Origin: Eledone cirrhosa
Taxonomy: Eukaryota
Length of the DNA stretch: 64,000 bases
Assembly (NCBI GenBank): GCA_964016885.1
Contig: OZ024740.1
Span: 436,108,001-436,172,000 of the forward strand
Reading direction: 5' to 3'
Numbering within the stretch: position 1 is the stretch's first letter; every line of letters begins with the position of its first letter. A program made the position numbers and the translations under genes. This document shows, in pieces, positions 49,293 to 62,597 of this stretch. The notes beneath the pieces were generated by a model. That model worked only from the letters and a program-made list of their open reading frames with translations. It had not been told where the DNA came from and did not search any database.

Positions 49293-51392
49293 GGGCATGG
49301 ATTCATTGAAGCTCCGACGTCTGCCAATGGACTTGGTAAACACCCAGAAAGTTATTAACCATCTCACCAACAACAACCCTGAGCACCTTTTTGATCTCCA
49401 TGTGTCTAACACATGTGGACATGCCTACAAAGTCAGAAAACAGCACAGCTCCCATGACTTTCGGAAACATTTTGTCACTCTTAGAGTTGCTGAAGCATGG
49501 AACAAACTGACTGCATCAGTTGTTAGCTGCCGAGACACTGCATCCTTTAAAACGTCCATGGAACAAACTACCTACACCAGTTGTTAGCTGTCGAGACACT
49601 GCATCCTTTAAAACGTCCATGGAACAAACTACCTGCATCAGTTGTTAGCTGTCGAGACACTGCATCCTTTAAAACCTCCATGGAACAAACTCCCTGTATC
49701 AGTTGTTAGCTGTCGAGACACTGCATCCTTTAAAACCTCCATGGAACAAACTACCTGCATCAGTTGTTACCTGTCGAGACACTGCATCCTTTAAAACCTC
49801 CATGGAACAAACTGCCTGCATCAGTTGTTAGCTGTCGAGACACTGCATCCTTTAAAACCTCCATGGAACAAACTACCTGCATCAGTTGTTAGCTGTCGAG
49901 ACACTGCATCCTTTAAAACCTCCATGGAACAAACTCCCTGTATCAGTTGTTAGCTGTCGAGACACTGCATCCTTTAAAACCTCCATGGAACAAACTACCT
50001 GCATCAGTTGTTAGCTGCCGAGACACTGCATCCTTTAAAACCTCCATGGAACAAACTACCTACATCAGTTGTTACCTGCCGAGACACTGCATCCTTTAAA
50101 ACCTCCATGGAACAAACTACCTGCATCAGTTGTTAGCTGTCGAGACACTGCATCCTTTAAAACCCCCATGGAACAAACTGCCTGCATCAGTTGTTAGCTG
50201 TCGAGACGCTGCATCCTTTAAAACCTCCATGGAACAAACTGCCTGCATCAGTTGTTAGCTGTCGAGACACTGCATCCTTTAAAACCTCCATGGAACAAAC
50301 TACCTACATCAGTTGTTAGCTGTCGAGACACTGCATCATTTAAAACCTCCATGGAACAAACTGCCTGCACCAATTGTTAGCTGTCAAGACACTGCATCCT
50401 TTAAAACCTCCATGGAACAAACTACCTGCATCAGTTGTTAGCTGTCAAGACACTGCATCCTTTAAAACGTCCATGGAACAAACTGCCTGCATCAGTTGTT
50501 AGCTGGCGAGACACTGCATTCTTTAAAACCTCCATGGAACAAACTGCCTGCGTCAGTTGTTAGATGTCGAGACACTGCATCCTTTAAAACCTCCATGGAA
50601 CTAACTACCTGCATCAGTTGTTAGCTGCCGAGACACTGCATCCTTTAAAACCTCCATGGAACAAACTCCCTGCGTCAGTTGTTAGCTGCTGAGACACTGC
50701 ATCCTTTAAAACCTCCATGGAACAAACTGCCTGTATCAGTTGTTAGCTGTCGAGACACTGCATCCTTTAAAACGTCCATGGAATAAACTCCCTGCGTCAG
50801 TTGTTAGCTGCCGAGACACTGCATCCTTTAAAACCTCCATGGAACAAACTGCCTGCATCAGTTGTTAGCTGTCGAGACACTGCATCCTTTAAAACCTCCA
50901 TGGAACAATCTGCCTGCATCAGTTATTAGCTGCCGAGACACTGCATCCTTTAAAACCTCCATGGAACAAACTGCCTGTGTCAGTTGTTAGCTGCCGAGAC
51001 ACTGCATCATTTAAAACCTCCATGGAACAAACTGTCTGCATCAGTTGTTAGCTGCCGAGACACTGCATCCTTTAAAACCTCCATGGAACAAACTGCCTGC
51101 GTCAGTTGTTAGCTGCCGAGACACTGCATCCTTTAAAACCTCCATGGAACAAACTGCCTGCGTCAGTTGTTAGCTGCCGAGACACTGCATCATTTAAAAC
51201 CCTCATGCTTCTTGAAATACGCCAAAACTACACCCGATGTACCCCTTCCATACACATGCACATGTGTATATCATGACTGATGAACTGTTCATTTTCCTGA
51301 CGTTTGTACATTATTCTATGTACTATACATGCACCTTTGATGAGTTGTAGTGCACCTGAGCACTGTACACAATTTCATTATTATTATTATTA
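49293..51392 (+). mobile_element. CR1-like LINE 3' fragment with an internal tandem amplification and (ATT)n tail
   Basis: Translation SLKLRR..DL...GHAYKV...RKHFVTLRVAEAWNKL..SVV...SFK matches the CR1 ORF2 C-terminus pattern. Confidence 0.85.
49496..51207 (+). repeat. 61-bp minisatellite, 28 copies
   Basis: CATG recurs every 61 nt from 49496 to 51204 (1708 = 28 x 61). Confidence 0.97.
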
Positions 51393-51409
51393 TATATGTA
51401 TATATATAG

Positions 51410-51447
<38 letters not shown>

Positions 51448-51449
<2 letters not shown>

Positions 51450-54400
51450 TCTTTTACTCCTTTAGCCATCCGGCTGAGGCCATGCTGGGGCACCGCCCTT
51501 GTTGCTACACATTTTATTTCCAGCCTGTATAGGTTGGCCACTGGTGTAAGAGGGAGTTTGTTGCTGCTGCCCTTAGGTTTGCCTCGTGTCTTGCTGTGCG
51601 CTCATCCGGGATCCTGGATAACAAGGTGTCGAGATATTTCTTGAAGACATCCCCCTCCACGTCATGCAAATCTCTCAGATCCCTCGGCAGCTTGTTGAAG
51701 AGTTGAGGGCCCTTGCATCCCAGGCTATTGCAATACCTGCTCCTTATTCTAGATGTGGAAGTCAGGACCTTTGGCACCATACAGTGACGTCCTGTTCGAC
51801 GGTTGGTCCAGCTCCCAATGCCAAAGTTTGGTGCTAGTCCCTCCACGATTTTCCACATGTAGATCACTGCGTATCTCTCCCGTCTTCGCTCCAAGGAGTA
51901 GAGGTTCAGTTCCTTTAGCCTCTCCCAGTAGCTTGTCTCCCTCATCTTGGCAATCCTCTTGGTGTAGCTTCGCTGGATTGCCTCAAGCTCCGTGGTTAGT
52001 TTGACACTATGGGGTGACCACAACTGGGAGCAGTAGTCCAGGCGGCTTAGGACAAATGTCCTCCATAGTGTCAACATGGTGTCTCGATCTCTTGTCCGGA
52101 GAGTCCTCAAGATCCAGCCAGCGAGTCGTCTGCACATTGTCGCCACTTTCATGATATGTGAGGAAAAAGATGCATCATCGCTCATGTCTATGCCCAGGTC
52201 TCGTATCGATTTTGACACGGGGATATCGGTCCCTCCTGCTCCTGTGTAGTTGTGTTGTACTATATTTGTGTTTGCAGGTTTGTTTGGAGGTTTGTATTGT
52301 AGGGCTTGGAATTTGCCAGCATTAAACTGCATGTTGTTTTCTTCCGCCCATTTGTATATGGCATCCAGATCCTGCTGTAAAAGGGCAGCGTCAGCCGGGT
52401 TTTTGATTGCCTGTGCTACCTTAGTGTCATCAGCATAGCTAGTGAGGGATGTTGTTGTATGTACTACAGAGGGCATGTCTGAGAGAGTCACCAAAAACAG
52501 TAGTGGTCCCAGGACTGTCCCCTGGGGCACCCCACTTGCTGCGACTGCCTGGCTTGTGTCCTTTAGGAAGCCATGCAGCCACTCACCTACTTTTCCAGTT
52601 ATGCCGAGTCAGTGTAGTTTGTGAGATATCATTCCGTGGTCGACCTTGTCAAAGGCCTTCGCAAAGTCAAGATATATCACGTCCACATGTGAGCTGTCTA
52701 GTAGTTGTTTCAGTACCCAGTCATAGTGATGTAGCAGCTGTGTAAGGCAGCTTCTTCCTGGGCAGAAGCCATGTTGCGTGCTAGTCAGGCGGTCATTTTC
52801 CTCGAGGAAAATGATCAGTTTCTTTCTGACGACTCGCTCCATGACCTTACTGATATGCGACGTCAGGGAGACTGGCCTATAGTTTTTGGCCTCCGCTCTG
52901 CTACCTCCTTTATGGATAGGGCATATTGTGCCTTCTTTCAGCTCCCTGGGTAGTACATCGCTAGCCAAGGAGCTTCTGAAGAGCATCTTCAGTGGAGTTG
53001 CTAAGGCCTGCTTACAAATTTTTAAGAGAACTGCTGGGAATCCATCAGGTCCAGCAGCCGAGTCTGTTCTAATTTCATCAATGGCGTACACCACATCCTC
53101 CTCCGTTATGTCTATGTGGTTGATGGTTGCCATTTCTTCATGTAGTGTTGTGGCATCAAAGAACTCCTCTGGCTTCGTTATTTGCATGTGCCTCAGTGGA
53201 CATGTGAACACACTTTTGTACTGTTCGTTCAGTATTTCACATATCTCTTGGGGGTTTTCGGTTAATGACCCGTCTGTATGGAAGAGTGGCCCAATCTTGC
53301 AGTGTACTGAGGCAGTTTCTTTTGCAAATTTAAAGAAGGCCTTAGGGTTTGTTTTAATGTTTTCTATGGCCCTGTTCTCTTTCTTTGCCCTGTCATTCTC
53401 ATGGGAAAGCTTGAGTGCAATCTCGGTGCCAAGTAGTGCACATTTCAAATAGGATTCCTTCTTGTTTTTGTTTTGTTGACTATTCAACTGGTTTGAGAGT
53501 TTGGTTCTACATCTCATAAGGATTTTCCTATCTCTGGGAATAAGATTTTTGTGTCTGTTTGCCTTTTTCTCCGGGACAAACTTTTTGCATATAGTGTGTA
53601 TCGTTGTCATGAAGTGTTGAAATTGTGTGTTAGTGTCTTGTGTGGCGGTGTTTTCACTCCATGTTTGCTTCCGGATTTCACTCTTAATCTTTTTCCTGTT
53701 AGCCTTGTAGAAGTTAAGGCTGGATAACATCCCGGAGCTTCTTGGTGGTTTTGTCTCTGTTGGTTCTCTTGGACCACATATCATTAGCTCTACTAAGTTA
53801 TGATCCGAGAGAATTGTTGGTGTCACCTTTACATTGTGGATGAGCACTTCGTTGTTTGTAAAACAGAGGTCCAGGACATTTTCGCCTCTTGTTGGGAGGA
53901 GTATTGCTTGCTCCATGAACAGCCTGTATGTGAGGGCCAGCATGGATTCTGTCTGTCTCTGTTCTATTGACGTCATTCCAGGGAGGAGGTTGCCCTCAGG
54001 CCATTTGACCTTTGGTAGGTTGAAGTCTCCCAGCAGTAGAATGTTGAGACCCTGGTCCAGTTTGTCAAGGACCTCTTCTATCCTACTTAGGCTATTCTCA
54101 AATTTACCCTCATGACTGGGGGCATCGGGCGGCCGATATGTGACACATATTACTGTCTGTAGTTGCTTCATATGTACTATCAGTGTGTCACAGACTGAGT
54201 TTGAATGTGTCAACAGTACAATTGGTGTGACATCTTCACGGATATACAGAGCAACCCCACCATGAGTTCTCTCCTTCCTGTCCAAACGAAATACAGTATA
54301 TTTCGGTATATGTATTTCTGCATCTGCTATACTGCTTGTCAGGTGCGTTTCGGTTAGTGCCATGCATAGTGCTTGATTGCTTATGGCTAAGTCTCCCAGG

Positions 54401-55020
54401 TAGGAAATTTTACTCATGTTACAGAGTTTCACCAGGCCCCTGACATTCAGCAGCAGGACTGGTGTGACTTTTGGGGTGCCAGTAATGGCTGTCGGTATGA
54501 CACCTGGTCTGGTGTCAGCGGTGGCCACTCTGGGTCCCTTAGCTGTGGTGGTCTCGAGTGCTGGTGTGGGTGAACCTGGCTCTGGAAACGATGCAGCCAG
54601 GTCAGCTGTCCCACAATCTTCTCTGCCATCACTAAAAAATTTTTCTTCTCTGCTGCTGCCATCTGTATCTCATCGGCATGTGCATGCCTTCTCCTTGTTG
54701 GTGCGGCACGCGCAACATCAGCATACTTCTGGAGCGGCTTATTTCGGCTTTGGCTGGGGCATGTTGCGCGAGTAGGATGGGCATAGTTCGTTTGAGACCT
54801 AGGGTGGGCGAATCTGCATCCCATCCCTTTCTTTCTTCCCCTTCTTCTTTGACGGAGTGGTGGTAGTACATGATAGGCCTGCGCCCCCTTACCAGATATT
54901 CACTGGTAGTTTTCGGTTGCCAACACTTTGAGGGCAGCTGGTTGTGAAGCTAGTTGGTCAGCCGCCCTCTCTGTCTCTGGTTTCTCGGACCCATGGTTTT
55001 TCGGACCCATGGCTTTTTAC
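51448..55020 (-). mobile_element. Nearly full-length CR1/L2-group LINE (ORF1 remnant, ORF2 with APE and RT, short 3' UTR)
   Basis: APE motifs (LNVRGL, LTETHL, YRPP, LGDFN, SDHN) and RT motifs (NYRPVSL, QHGF, YLDFAKAFD, PQGTVLGP, YADDT). The 5' limit is approximate. Confidence 0.9.
51514..54528 (-). pseudogene. LINE ORF2 interrupted by one in-frame TGA (52609-52611) and probably a short in-frame deletion before SGVPQG
   Basis: ORFs 52609-54528 and 51514-52530 are in the same frame; the linker reads *LGITGKVGEWLHGFLKDTSQAVAASGVPQG. Confidence 0.85.
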
Positions 55021-55328
55021 ATATTCCTTTGTTATATTCCAATACCTGAAGATATCACCGGATTCATATGGAACCTGGTCATTGAAATGATTATAGTATA
55101 ATAAACCTTTCAAGGATTTACACCAGTCCAGCCTCCTGTTATTTCATTTATATATCTGTATATATATATATATATATATAGATTTTGAGTTTATGTTGGT
55201 TGTATACCAACACCTCAGTATGCAGGCTGGAGCACTCGACGAAGTGCGCAGGTTGGTTTGGTTACTCCGGAGTAGTGTAAAATAAAGTTAAATAAAAATC
55301 AAATGATTAAAATTTATCTTCGTTTATT

Positions 55329-55383
55329 ACTGCTATATATATTTCAGTGACAGCCATCTTTGGCTGTGACCTCTTCAGGCAGT
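55329..55383 (-). ncRNA. Minimal type I hammerhead ribozyme (Penelope-like-element type)
   Basis: ACTGC-CTGAAGA-G-GTCACAGCCA-AAGA-TGGCTGTCAC-T-GAAA-TATATA-TA|GCAGT: intact core, 5-bp stem I, long stem II, palindromic stem III; followed by AATAAA. Confidence 0.8.
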
Positions 55384-55943
55384 TTGAATTAGTATGGTAT
55401 AGACAAGTACATATGTTGTTTAGGTGTATGATATTGTCAATACTCTGATATGCCCAGTTCCTTGTTGGGTTGTTAATTCACTGGGGAACTGGAGTCATAT
55501 GAATTCAAACAAACGAATTTTAGTGTCACAGGTCCCCTTCTCCTCTCATTGGTCAGTTATTAGTGTTGTCATTGTTGGAGTTAGCTTAAAAATTGATAAA
55601 ATGGTAGAAGGGACAAGGTGTTGAAGGAACAAAATATCAAAAAATGTGTCAAACTTCCCATTGGTCAGTTCTGAGAGCATTCCTCAGTCAGAAGTCTATA
55701 GAATTCTTTCTGGGGTGAGGCTCCCTGTAGTGTTTATGCCTGCTATTGTTCAGTACATTTGACCTCCACCATTATTTTGGTACTGTTGTTGTTGTAGTGG
55801 TCAGCTTATATCTTGCTGCTGTTAACAATTTAGAAGTATTCAGTTTGTGTTTTCTTTTCATCCCACCCGCCACCATCGTAGTGGTGGCGGGGGGGGGGGT
55901 TATTTCATGTATATGAAGAAATATAAGGCAATAAATGAAGAAA

Positions 55944-55952
55944 TATATATAG

Positions 55953-55992
<40 letters not shown>

Positions 55993-55995
55993 CTG

Positions 55996-56080
<85 letters not shown>

Positions 56081-56083
56081 CTG

Positions 56084-56166
<83 letters not shown>

Positions 56167-56199
56167 CTGTATATATATATATATATATATATATAGCTG

Positions 56200-56274
<75 letters not shown>

Positions 56275-56286
56275 CTATATATATAT
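55944..56286. repeat. (TA)n microsatellite with GCTG/GT interruptions
   Basis: Direct inspection. Confidence 0.95.
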
Positions 56287-56289
56287 TCC

Positions 56290-59200
56290 TCTACACCACA
56301 CCCCTCTATACCACACACCACTCCACCCTCTACACTTACCCATCTACACCACCCCACCACACCACTCCACCACCCCACCACTCACACCACACCCACCCAC
56401 CACTCCACCACCCCACCCACCACCCACCCACCCCACCACACCCCCACCCCACCACCCACCACACCACCACCCCACCACCCCACCCACCACCACCCCCCCA
56501 CCACACCACTCCACCACCCCACCCCACCACACCACTCACACCACCACCCACCCACACCACCACTCCACCACCCACCACCCCACACACCACACCACTCCAC
56601 CACCCCACCACACCACTCCACCACACCACCCCCACCACACCCACTCCACCACACCACCCCACCACACCACTCCACCACACCACCCCACCACACCACTCCA
56701 CCACCCCACCACTCCACCACCCCACCACTCCACCACACCACCCCACCACACCACTCCACCACCCCACCACACCACTCCACCACCCCACCACACCACTCCA
56801 CCACCCCACCACACCACTCCACCACCCCACCACACCACTCCACCACACCACACACCACACCACTCCACCACACCACTACACCACACCACTCCACCACCCC
56901 ACCACACCACTCCACCACCCCCACCACACCACTCCACCACCCCACCACACCACTCCACCACCACCACCCCACCACACCACTCCACCACCCCACCACACCA
57001 CTCCACCACCCCACCACACCACTCCACCACCCCACCACACCACTCCACCACACCACTCCACCACACCACCCCACCACACCACTCCACCACCCCACCACAC
57101 ACTCCACCACCCCACCCACACCACTCCACCACACCACCCCACCACACCACTCCACCACACCACCCCACCACACCACTCCACCACCCCACCACACCACTCC
57201 ACCACCCCACTACACCACACCACTCCACCACACCACACACCACACCACTCCACCACCCCACCACACCACTCCACCACCCCACCACACCACTCCACCACCC
57301 CACCACACCACTCCACCACACCACTCCACCACACCACTCCACCACCCCACCACACCACTCCACCACCCCCACCACACCACTCCACCACCCCACCACACCA
57401 CCACCACCACCCCACCACACCACCACACCACCCACCACCCCACCCACCACCACCCCACCACCCCCACCACCCACCCACCCACCCCACCACCCCACCACCC
57501 CACCCCACACCACCCCACCACACCACCACCACCCCCCACCCCCCACCACCACCACACCCCCCACCCCACCACCCACCCCACCACCCCACCCACCACCCCA
57601 CCCCCACCCCCCACCCCACCACCCCACCACCCCCCCACCCCACCCCACCCCCCACCACCCCCCACCACACCACCCCACCACCCCACCCCACCCCCCCCCA
57701 CCACCCACCACCCCCCCCCCACCCCCCCCACCCCCCCCACCACCCCACCCCCCCCCACCCCACCCACCCCACCCCACCCCCCCCCACCCCCCCCCCCCCC
57801 CCCCACCCCCACCCCCCACCCCCACCCACCACCCCCACCACCCCACCCCACACCCCCACCACCCCACCCCACCACCCCCCACCCCACCACCCCCACCCCC
57901 CCACCCCACCCCCCCACCCCACCACACCCCACACCCCCACCACCACCCCCACCACCCCACCCCCACACCCCACCACCCCACCCACCCACCACCCACCACC
58001 CCCCACCCCCCACCCCACCACCCCCACCCACCCCACCACCCACCCACCCCACCACCCCACCACACCCCCACCCCCCCACCCCACCCCACCCCACCACCCC
58101 CCACCACCCCACCACCCCCACCCACCCCCCACCCCCCCACCCCCCCCCCACACCACCCCACCCCACCCCACCCCACCACCCCACCACCCCCCACCACACC
58201 CCCCCCACCCCACCCCCCCCCACCACCCCCCCCCACCACCCCCCACCCCCCCCCACACCCCCCACCCCACCACCCACCACACCCCACCCCACCACCCCAC
58301 CCCCCCCACCCCCCCCACCACACCCCACCACCCCACCACCCCACCCCACCACCCCCACCCCACCCACCCACCCCCACCACCCACCCCACCACCCCCACCA
58401 CCCCACCACCCCACCCCCCACCCCCCCCACCACACCACCCCCCCACCACCCCCCACCACACCCCCCCACCACCCCCCCACCCCCCCCACCCCACCACCCC
58501 ACCACCCCCACCCACCCCCCACACCCCACCCCACCCCCCCCCACCACCCCCCACCCCCACCCACCCCACCCCACCCACCACCCCACCCACCACCCCACCA
58601 CCCCACCACCCCCCCACCCCCACCCCCCCCCCACCCACCCCACCACCCCACCACCCCACCACACCCACCCCCCCCACCACCCACCCCCCACCCCACCCCA
58701 CCCCACCACCCCACCACCCCACCACCCCACCCCACCACCCCCCCACCACCCCCACCCCCCCACCACCCCCCCACCCCCCCACCCCCCACCACCACCCCCC
58801 CCACCACCACCCCACCACCCCCACCCCACCACCCACCCCACCACCCCACCCCCCCCCCACCCCACCACCCCCCCACCACCCCACCCCACCCCACACCCCA
58901 CCCACCCCCCACCCCACCACCCCCCACCCCACCACCCCACCACCCCCACCACCCCACCACACCACCCCCACCACCCCACCACCCCACCACACCACCCACC
59001 ACACCCCCCACCACCCCCACCCCCCACCACACCACCCCACCACACCACCCCCCACCCCACCACCCCACCCCACCCCACCCCCCCACCACACCCCCACCAC
59101 ACCACCCCACCCCACCCCCCACCACCCCACCCACCACACCACCCCACCCACCCCACCACCCACCCACCCCCCCCACCACCACACCACCCCACCACCCCCC

Positions 59201-62133
59201 CACCACCCCCACCACCCACCCCCACCACCCCACCACCCCACCCCACCCACCCCACCACCACCCCCCACCCCACCACCCCACCCCACCCCCCCACCACACC
59301 CACCACCCCACCACCCCACCACACCACCCCACCACCCCCACCACCCACCCCCCCCCCCACCCCACCACCCCACCACCCCCACCACCCCACCACACCCCAC
59401 CCCACCCCCCCACCACCCCCCACCCCCACACCCCCCACCCCACCCACCACCCCCCCCACCCCACCCCACCCCCCCCACCCCCCCCACCACACCACCCCAC
59501 CCACCCCACCACCCCCCACCACCCCACCCCACCCACCCCCCCACCCCCCCCACCCACCCCCACCCCACCACACCACCCCACCCCCACCACCCCCACCCCC
59601 CCACACCCCCCACCCCCCACCCCACCCCACCCCACCACCCCACCACACCACCCCACCCCACCCCACCACCCCCCACCCCCCCACCCACCCCACCACCCAC
59701 CCCACCCACCCCACCACACCCCCCACCACACCCCCCCACACCCCCCACCCACCCCACCCACCCCCACCACCCCCCCCACCCCACCCCACCCCCCCCACCA
59801 CCCCACCCCACCCCACCACCCACCCCACACCACCCACCACCCCACCCCCACCCCCACCCCACCCCCACCCCACCCACCACCCCACCACCCCCACCACCCC
59901 CACCCCCCACCACCCACCACACCACCCCACCCACCCCCCCCACCACACCCCCCCACCACCCCCACCCACCACCACCACCCACCACACCACCCCCACCACA
60001 CCACCCCCCCACCCCACCCCACCACACCACCCCACCACACCACCCACCACCCCCACCCACCACCCCACCACCCCACACCACCCCCACCCCACCACCCACC
60101 CACCACCCCCCACCCACACCCCCCCCCCCCCCACCCCACCACCACCACCACCCCACCACACCACCCCACCCCACCACCCACCCACCCCCCCCCACCCCCC
60201 ACCACCCACCACCCCACCACCCCACCCCACCACACCACCCACCCACCACCACCCCACCACCCCCACCCACCCACCACACCCACCCCACCACCACCACCAC
60301 CCACCCACCCACACCACCCCACCACACCACCACCACCCCACCACACCACCCACCCACCCCCACCCACCACCCACCCACCCCACCCCCCACCACACCCACC
60401 ACCACCACACCACCCACCACACCACTACACCCACCCCACCACCCCACCACACACCACCACACCACCCCACCACACACCCCACCACCCCACCCACCACACC
60501 ACCCCACCACACCACCCCACCACACCACACCACACCACACACCACCACACCACCCCCCACCACCCCACCACACCACCCCACCACCACCACCCCACCACCA
60601 CCACCCACACCCACACCACACCCCACCACCACCCCACCACACCACCCCACCACACCCCACCCACCACACCACCCCACCACCCACCACACCACCACACCAC
60701 TCCACCACACCACCCACCACCCCACCCCACCACCACCACCACCCCACCACACCACCCCACCACACCACCCCCCCCACCCCACCACCACCCCACCACACCA
60801 CTCCACCACCCCACCACCCCACCCCACCACCACCACTCCCACCACCCACCACCACCACACCACCACACCACCCCCACCACCACCACCACCACCCCACCAC
60901 ACCACCCCACCACACCACCCACCACACCACCCCACCACACCACTCCACCACCCACCACACCACCCACCACACCACTACACCACCACCCACCACACCACCA
61001 CCCACCACCACCACCCCACCACACCCACCACCACACCACCCACCACACCACCACACCACCCACCACACCACTACACCACACCACCACACCACCACTCCAC
61101 CACACCACCCACCACACCACCCACCACACCACCCCACCACACCACTCCACCACACCACCACCACCCCACCACACCACCCACCACACCACCCACCACCACC
61201 ACCCACCACACCACCCCACCACACCACCCCACCACACCACACCACACCCACCCCACCACACCACCCCACCACACCACCCCACCACACCACCCACCACACC
61301 ACCCCACCACACCACCCCACCACACCACCCACCACCACCACCACACCACCACCACACCACTCCACCACACCACCACCACACACCCACCACACCACTCCAC
61401 CACACCCACACCCACCACACCACCCCACCACACCACTCCACCACACCCCACACCACACCACACCACTCCACCACACCACCCACCACACCACTACACCACA
61501 CCCACCCCACCACACCACCCCACCACACCACCCCACCACACCACTCCACCACACCACCCCACCACACCACCCACCACACCACCCCACACCACACACCACA
61601 CCACCCACTACACCACACCACCCACCACACCACCCACCACACCACTACACCACACCACCCACCACACCACCCCACCACACCACCCCACCCACCACACCCC
61701 ACCACCCACACACCACCCACCACACCACCCCACCACACCACTCCACCACCACCCACCACACCACCCCACCACACCACCCACCACCCACCACACCACCCCA
61801 CCACACCACCCCACCACACACTCACCACACCACCCACCACACCACTCCACCACCACACCACCACACCACCCCACCACACCACACACCACCCCACCACACC
61901 ACTACACCACACCACTCCACCACACCACCCCACCACACTCCACCACCACCACACCACTACACCACACCACCCCACCACACCACCCCACCACACCACTCCA
62001 CCACCACCACACCACTACACCACACCACCCCACCACACCACTCCACCACACCACTCCACCACACCACCCCACCACACCACCCCACCACACCACCACACCA
62101 CACCACTCCACACACCACCACACCACCACACAC
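56290..62133. repeat. C/A-rich array (CCACACCACTCCACCACC-like units at the flanks, degenerate core); G-rich on the - strand
   Basis: Almost only C and A; 13/18-nt units at 56600-57400 and 60900-62100. Confidence 0.93.
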
Positions 62134-62284
62134 CTGATAACTATATAACTTTTATCCCTGTTATGTTTACTTTGAGGTTTCAATATTTTCTGCTCTGTTC
62201 ATCTTTTGGAATATATTTTTCTGTAATAATTCCTGTGGAAATCTGTGGGAACTCAGCATCTCCATCTTAAACTCTTAGTAAACA

Positions 62285-62597
62285 GTGTTGGTGTTGGCGG
62301 TGTTGGTGTTGGCAGTGGTGGTGTTGGCAGTGTTGGTGTTGGTGGTGGCGGTGTTGGTGTTGGCAGTGATGGTGGTGGTGTTGTTGGTGTTGCAGTGGTG
62401 GTGTTGGTGGTGGCGGTGTTGGTGTTGGTGGTGGTGTTGTTGGTGTTGGCAGTGGTGTTGGCAGTGTTGGTGTTGGTGGTGGCGGTGTTGGTGTTAATGT
62501 TGGTGTTGGCAGTGTTGGTGGTGGTGTTAGTGTTGGCAGTGTTGGTGGTGGTGTTAGTGTTGGCTGTGTTGGTGGTGGTGTTGGTGTTGGTGCTGGC
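62285..62597. repeat. (GTG/GTT/GGC)-type low-complexity repeat abutting the gap
   Basis: Direct inspection. Confidence 0.9.

Noticed and set aside
1-51207. CRISPR-like appearance of the 29-, 33-, 34-, 39- and 61-bp repeats
   Set aside because: Head-to-tail units with no unique spacers, no cas genes, and a eukaryotic context.
47053-54115. Antisense ORFs over the LINE coding regions
   Set aside because: Shadow ORFs of the RT/APE frames with no independent motifs.
24376-62133. Telomeric repeat interpretation of the C-rich arrays
   Set aside because: No tandem CCCTAA/TTAGGG or CCTAA units.
56105-62270. Pro/His/Thr-rich and Gly/Trp/Val-rich ORFs
   Set aside because: Low-complexity C/A tract that can hardly encode stop codons.
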